Below are positions 61,681 to 64,000 of a stretch of DNA of 64,000 nucleotides, one piece after another. Below the pieces are notes generated by a model. That model was not told where the DNA came from. It saw nothing but the letters and a program-made list of their open reading frames with translations, and ran no database searches. Source of the stretch: Mustelus asterias (Eukaryota). The DNA lies in assembly GCF_964213995.1 (NCBI RefSeq), contig NC_135825.1, positions 12,710,001-12,774,000 on the forward strand, in the 5' to 3' direction. The stretch's first letter is position 1. Every line of letters starts with the position of its first letter. The position numbers and the translations under genes were made by a program.

Positions 61681-62961
61681 TGCACCAAATCCCCCAGATT
61701 CAGCCTCACCAAAGCTTCGCGTTGAGACATCATTGCTGCAAAACTCAAATCCTCTTGTCACTAAAGCCAAAATACCATTTGTCTTCTTAATTGTTTTCTC
61801 CATCGCCATGTTCACTTTCAGTGACCCACAAATAATTTCTCCTCATCTCTGCCTTAAATGTCACGCCTCAGTTTGAAACAGTGACTCCCTCCTTCTAGAT
61901 TCTCTGACAAGAGGAAACTTCCAACTCACATTCACCCTGTCATCAAGTCGTAAAGCTTTACAGCACGGAAACAGGCCCTTCGGCCCAACTTGGCCTTTTT
62001 TTTAACAACTAAGCTAATCCCAATTGCCCAAGTTTGGCCCATATCCTATCTAAATGTTTTTTAAAAGACAAAATTGTACCCGCCTCTATTACTACCTCTG
62101 GCAGCTTGTTCCAGACACTCACCACCGTCTGTGTGAAACATTTGCACCTCTGGGCCCTTTTGTATCTCTCCCCTTTCACCTTAAACCTATGCCTTCTAAT
62201 TTTGGACTCCCCGACCTTTGGGAAAAGATGTTGACTATCTAGCTGACCTATGCCCTCATTATTTTATAGACCTCTATAAGATCACCCCTAAGCCTCACTA
62301 TTGTAAGACTGGCAGGAACCTAACTTACTTCTTCACTTAAACCATTCGTTAATTGCGAAACGCAAACAAAAACTAAACCACAGAGAGAGATTAACCCTTT
62401 AGTGACCTCTGTGAGCACCAGGATCGTATTTTACAAGGAGTGGTTATTGGGACAGAGAATACCTAATGAGATTGAAATTATCCTGAGAGCCATTGGTGCA
62501 GAACAGAGGCTGGACATTGGTTTCCCTCGCTGAGCAAGCCCACATCGTCTAGAGGTGTGCAGGCCCACAGTTTTATACCGACCAGGCCACTCCCTCCGCC
62601 TGTAATTGTCCATGGGCTCAGAAATGGGCAGACTGAGAAAGAATGAAGGGATTCATTTTTTCTTCTCAAGTTTCTTTTCATATTTCCCATTGCGACAAAG
62701 TCTGTAAATAAGGAATCTTCTGATTTGGTGGAATCTGGTCCCACAAGAAGCTCACAGCAGATAATCAGAGGGCTGCCTGTTGGGGAAATTGGGGACAAAA
62801 ACTGTGGCCTCAATTTTTCGCCAATCGGACTCGCTGGGGCTGGAGGTGGGCGTAAGACATGTTCTCAGCTGCAGTCAACGCCATTTCACATTGGTTGGCC
62901 AATTAAGAGTCAGCCAGTGTGAAACACGCACGTGAAAATGCCACAGCCCTGACGGGGAGGG

Positions 62962-64000
62962 CATAGAACATAGAACATAGAACATAGAACATTACAGCGC
63001 AGAACAGGCCCTTCGGCCCACGATGTTGCACCGACCAGTTAAAAAAAAAAACTGTGACCCTCCAACCTAAACCAATTTCTTTTCGTCCATGAACCTATCA
63101 ACGGATCTCTTAAACGCCCCCAAACTAGGCGCATTTACTACTGATGCTGGCAGGGCATTCCAATCCCTCACCACCCTCTGGGTAAAGAACCTACCCCTGA
63201 CATCGGTTCTATAACTACCCCCCCTCAATTTAAAGCCATGCCCCCTCGTCCTGGATTTCTCCATCAGAGGAAAAAGGCTATCACTATCCACCCTATCTAA
63301 ACCTCTAATCATCTTATATGTTTCAATAAGATCCCCTCTTAGCCGCCGCCTTTCCAGCGAAAACAATCCCAAATCCCTCAGCCTCTCCTCATAGGATCTC
63401 CCCTCCATACCAGGCAACATCCTGGTAAACCTCCTCTGCACCCTCTCCAAAGCCTCCACATCCTTCCTGTAATGTGGGGACCAGAACTGCACACAGTACT
63501 CCAAGTGCGGCCGCACCAGAGTTGTGTACAGTTGCAACATAACGCTATGACTCCTAAATTCAATCCCCCTACCAATAAACGCCAAGACACCATATGCCTT
63601 CTTAACAACCTTATCTACTTGATTCCCAACTTTCAGGGATCTATGCACACATACACCTAGATCCCTCTGCTCCTCCACACTATTCAAAGTCCTCCCGTTA
63701 GCCCTATACTCAACACATCTGTTATTCCTACCAAAGTGAATTACCTCACACTTCTCCGCATTAAACTCCATCCGCCACCTCTCGGCCCAACTTTGCAACC
63801 TGTCTAAGTCTTCCTGCAAACTACGACACCCTTCCTCACTGTCTACCACACCACCGACTTTGGTGTCATCAGCAAATTTGCTAATCCACCCAACTATACC
63901 CTCATCCAGATCATTAATAAATATTACAAACAGCAGTGGCCCCAAAACAGATCCCTGAGGTACACCACTTGTAACCGCACTCCATGATGAATATTTACTA
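62962..64000 (-). mobile_element. Young CR1/HER1-like LINE 3' end with uninterrupted RT C-terminal ORF (63067-63945) and (TTCTATG)n tail
   Basis: GPLLFVIFINDL, SKFADDTK and RPHLEYCVQFW motifs with no stops; continues past the window end. Confidence 0.95.

Larger units (their letters stand above)
58835..62380 (+). repeat. Segmental duplicate of 36970-40660 (promoter, exon 1 and intron 1 of gene C)
   Basis: Near-identical promoter and leader; shared SINE, Penelope and CR1 insertions. Confidence 0.93.

Noticed and set aside
62380-62960. IgV exon of gene E
   Set aside because: Homology to gene C ends at ~62380 and no Ig motifs are present before the window end.

Overview
Eukaryotic, repeat-dense genomic DNA, almost certainly from a shark: it carries HE1-type V-SINEs, CR1/HER1-like and Rex1/Babar-like LINEs, Penelope-like termini, and three assembly gaps. 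The host content, assembled by hand from splice sites and frames, is a tandem + strand cluster of CD300/pIgR-like single-IgV receptors in birth-and-death evolution. (A) The 3' half of a gene with an uncharged TM and a Tyr-containing tail (197-10736). (B) A degenerate pseudogene relic of an Arg-TM paralog (~24550-31700). (C) An apparently complete 5-exon gene with leader, IgV, Ser/Thr stalk, Arg-containing TM and tail (37592-49039). (D) An orphan leader exon (~52140-52245). (E) The promoter and leader exon of a recent duplicate of C (59423-59462). Mobile DNA includes a full-length decayed Gypsy (Mag-like) LTR element whose PBS position pairs with its own LTR, a 6.4-kb two-gene PIF/Harbinger transposon with matching MITEs and empty sites visible in the paralogs, and Penelope-like termini carrying minimal hammerhead ribozymes, one family with a compensatory U3-A8 core. 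Exon structures are predictions without transcript support. Repeat boundaries are approximate unless TSD/TIR coordinates are given.
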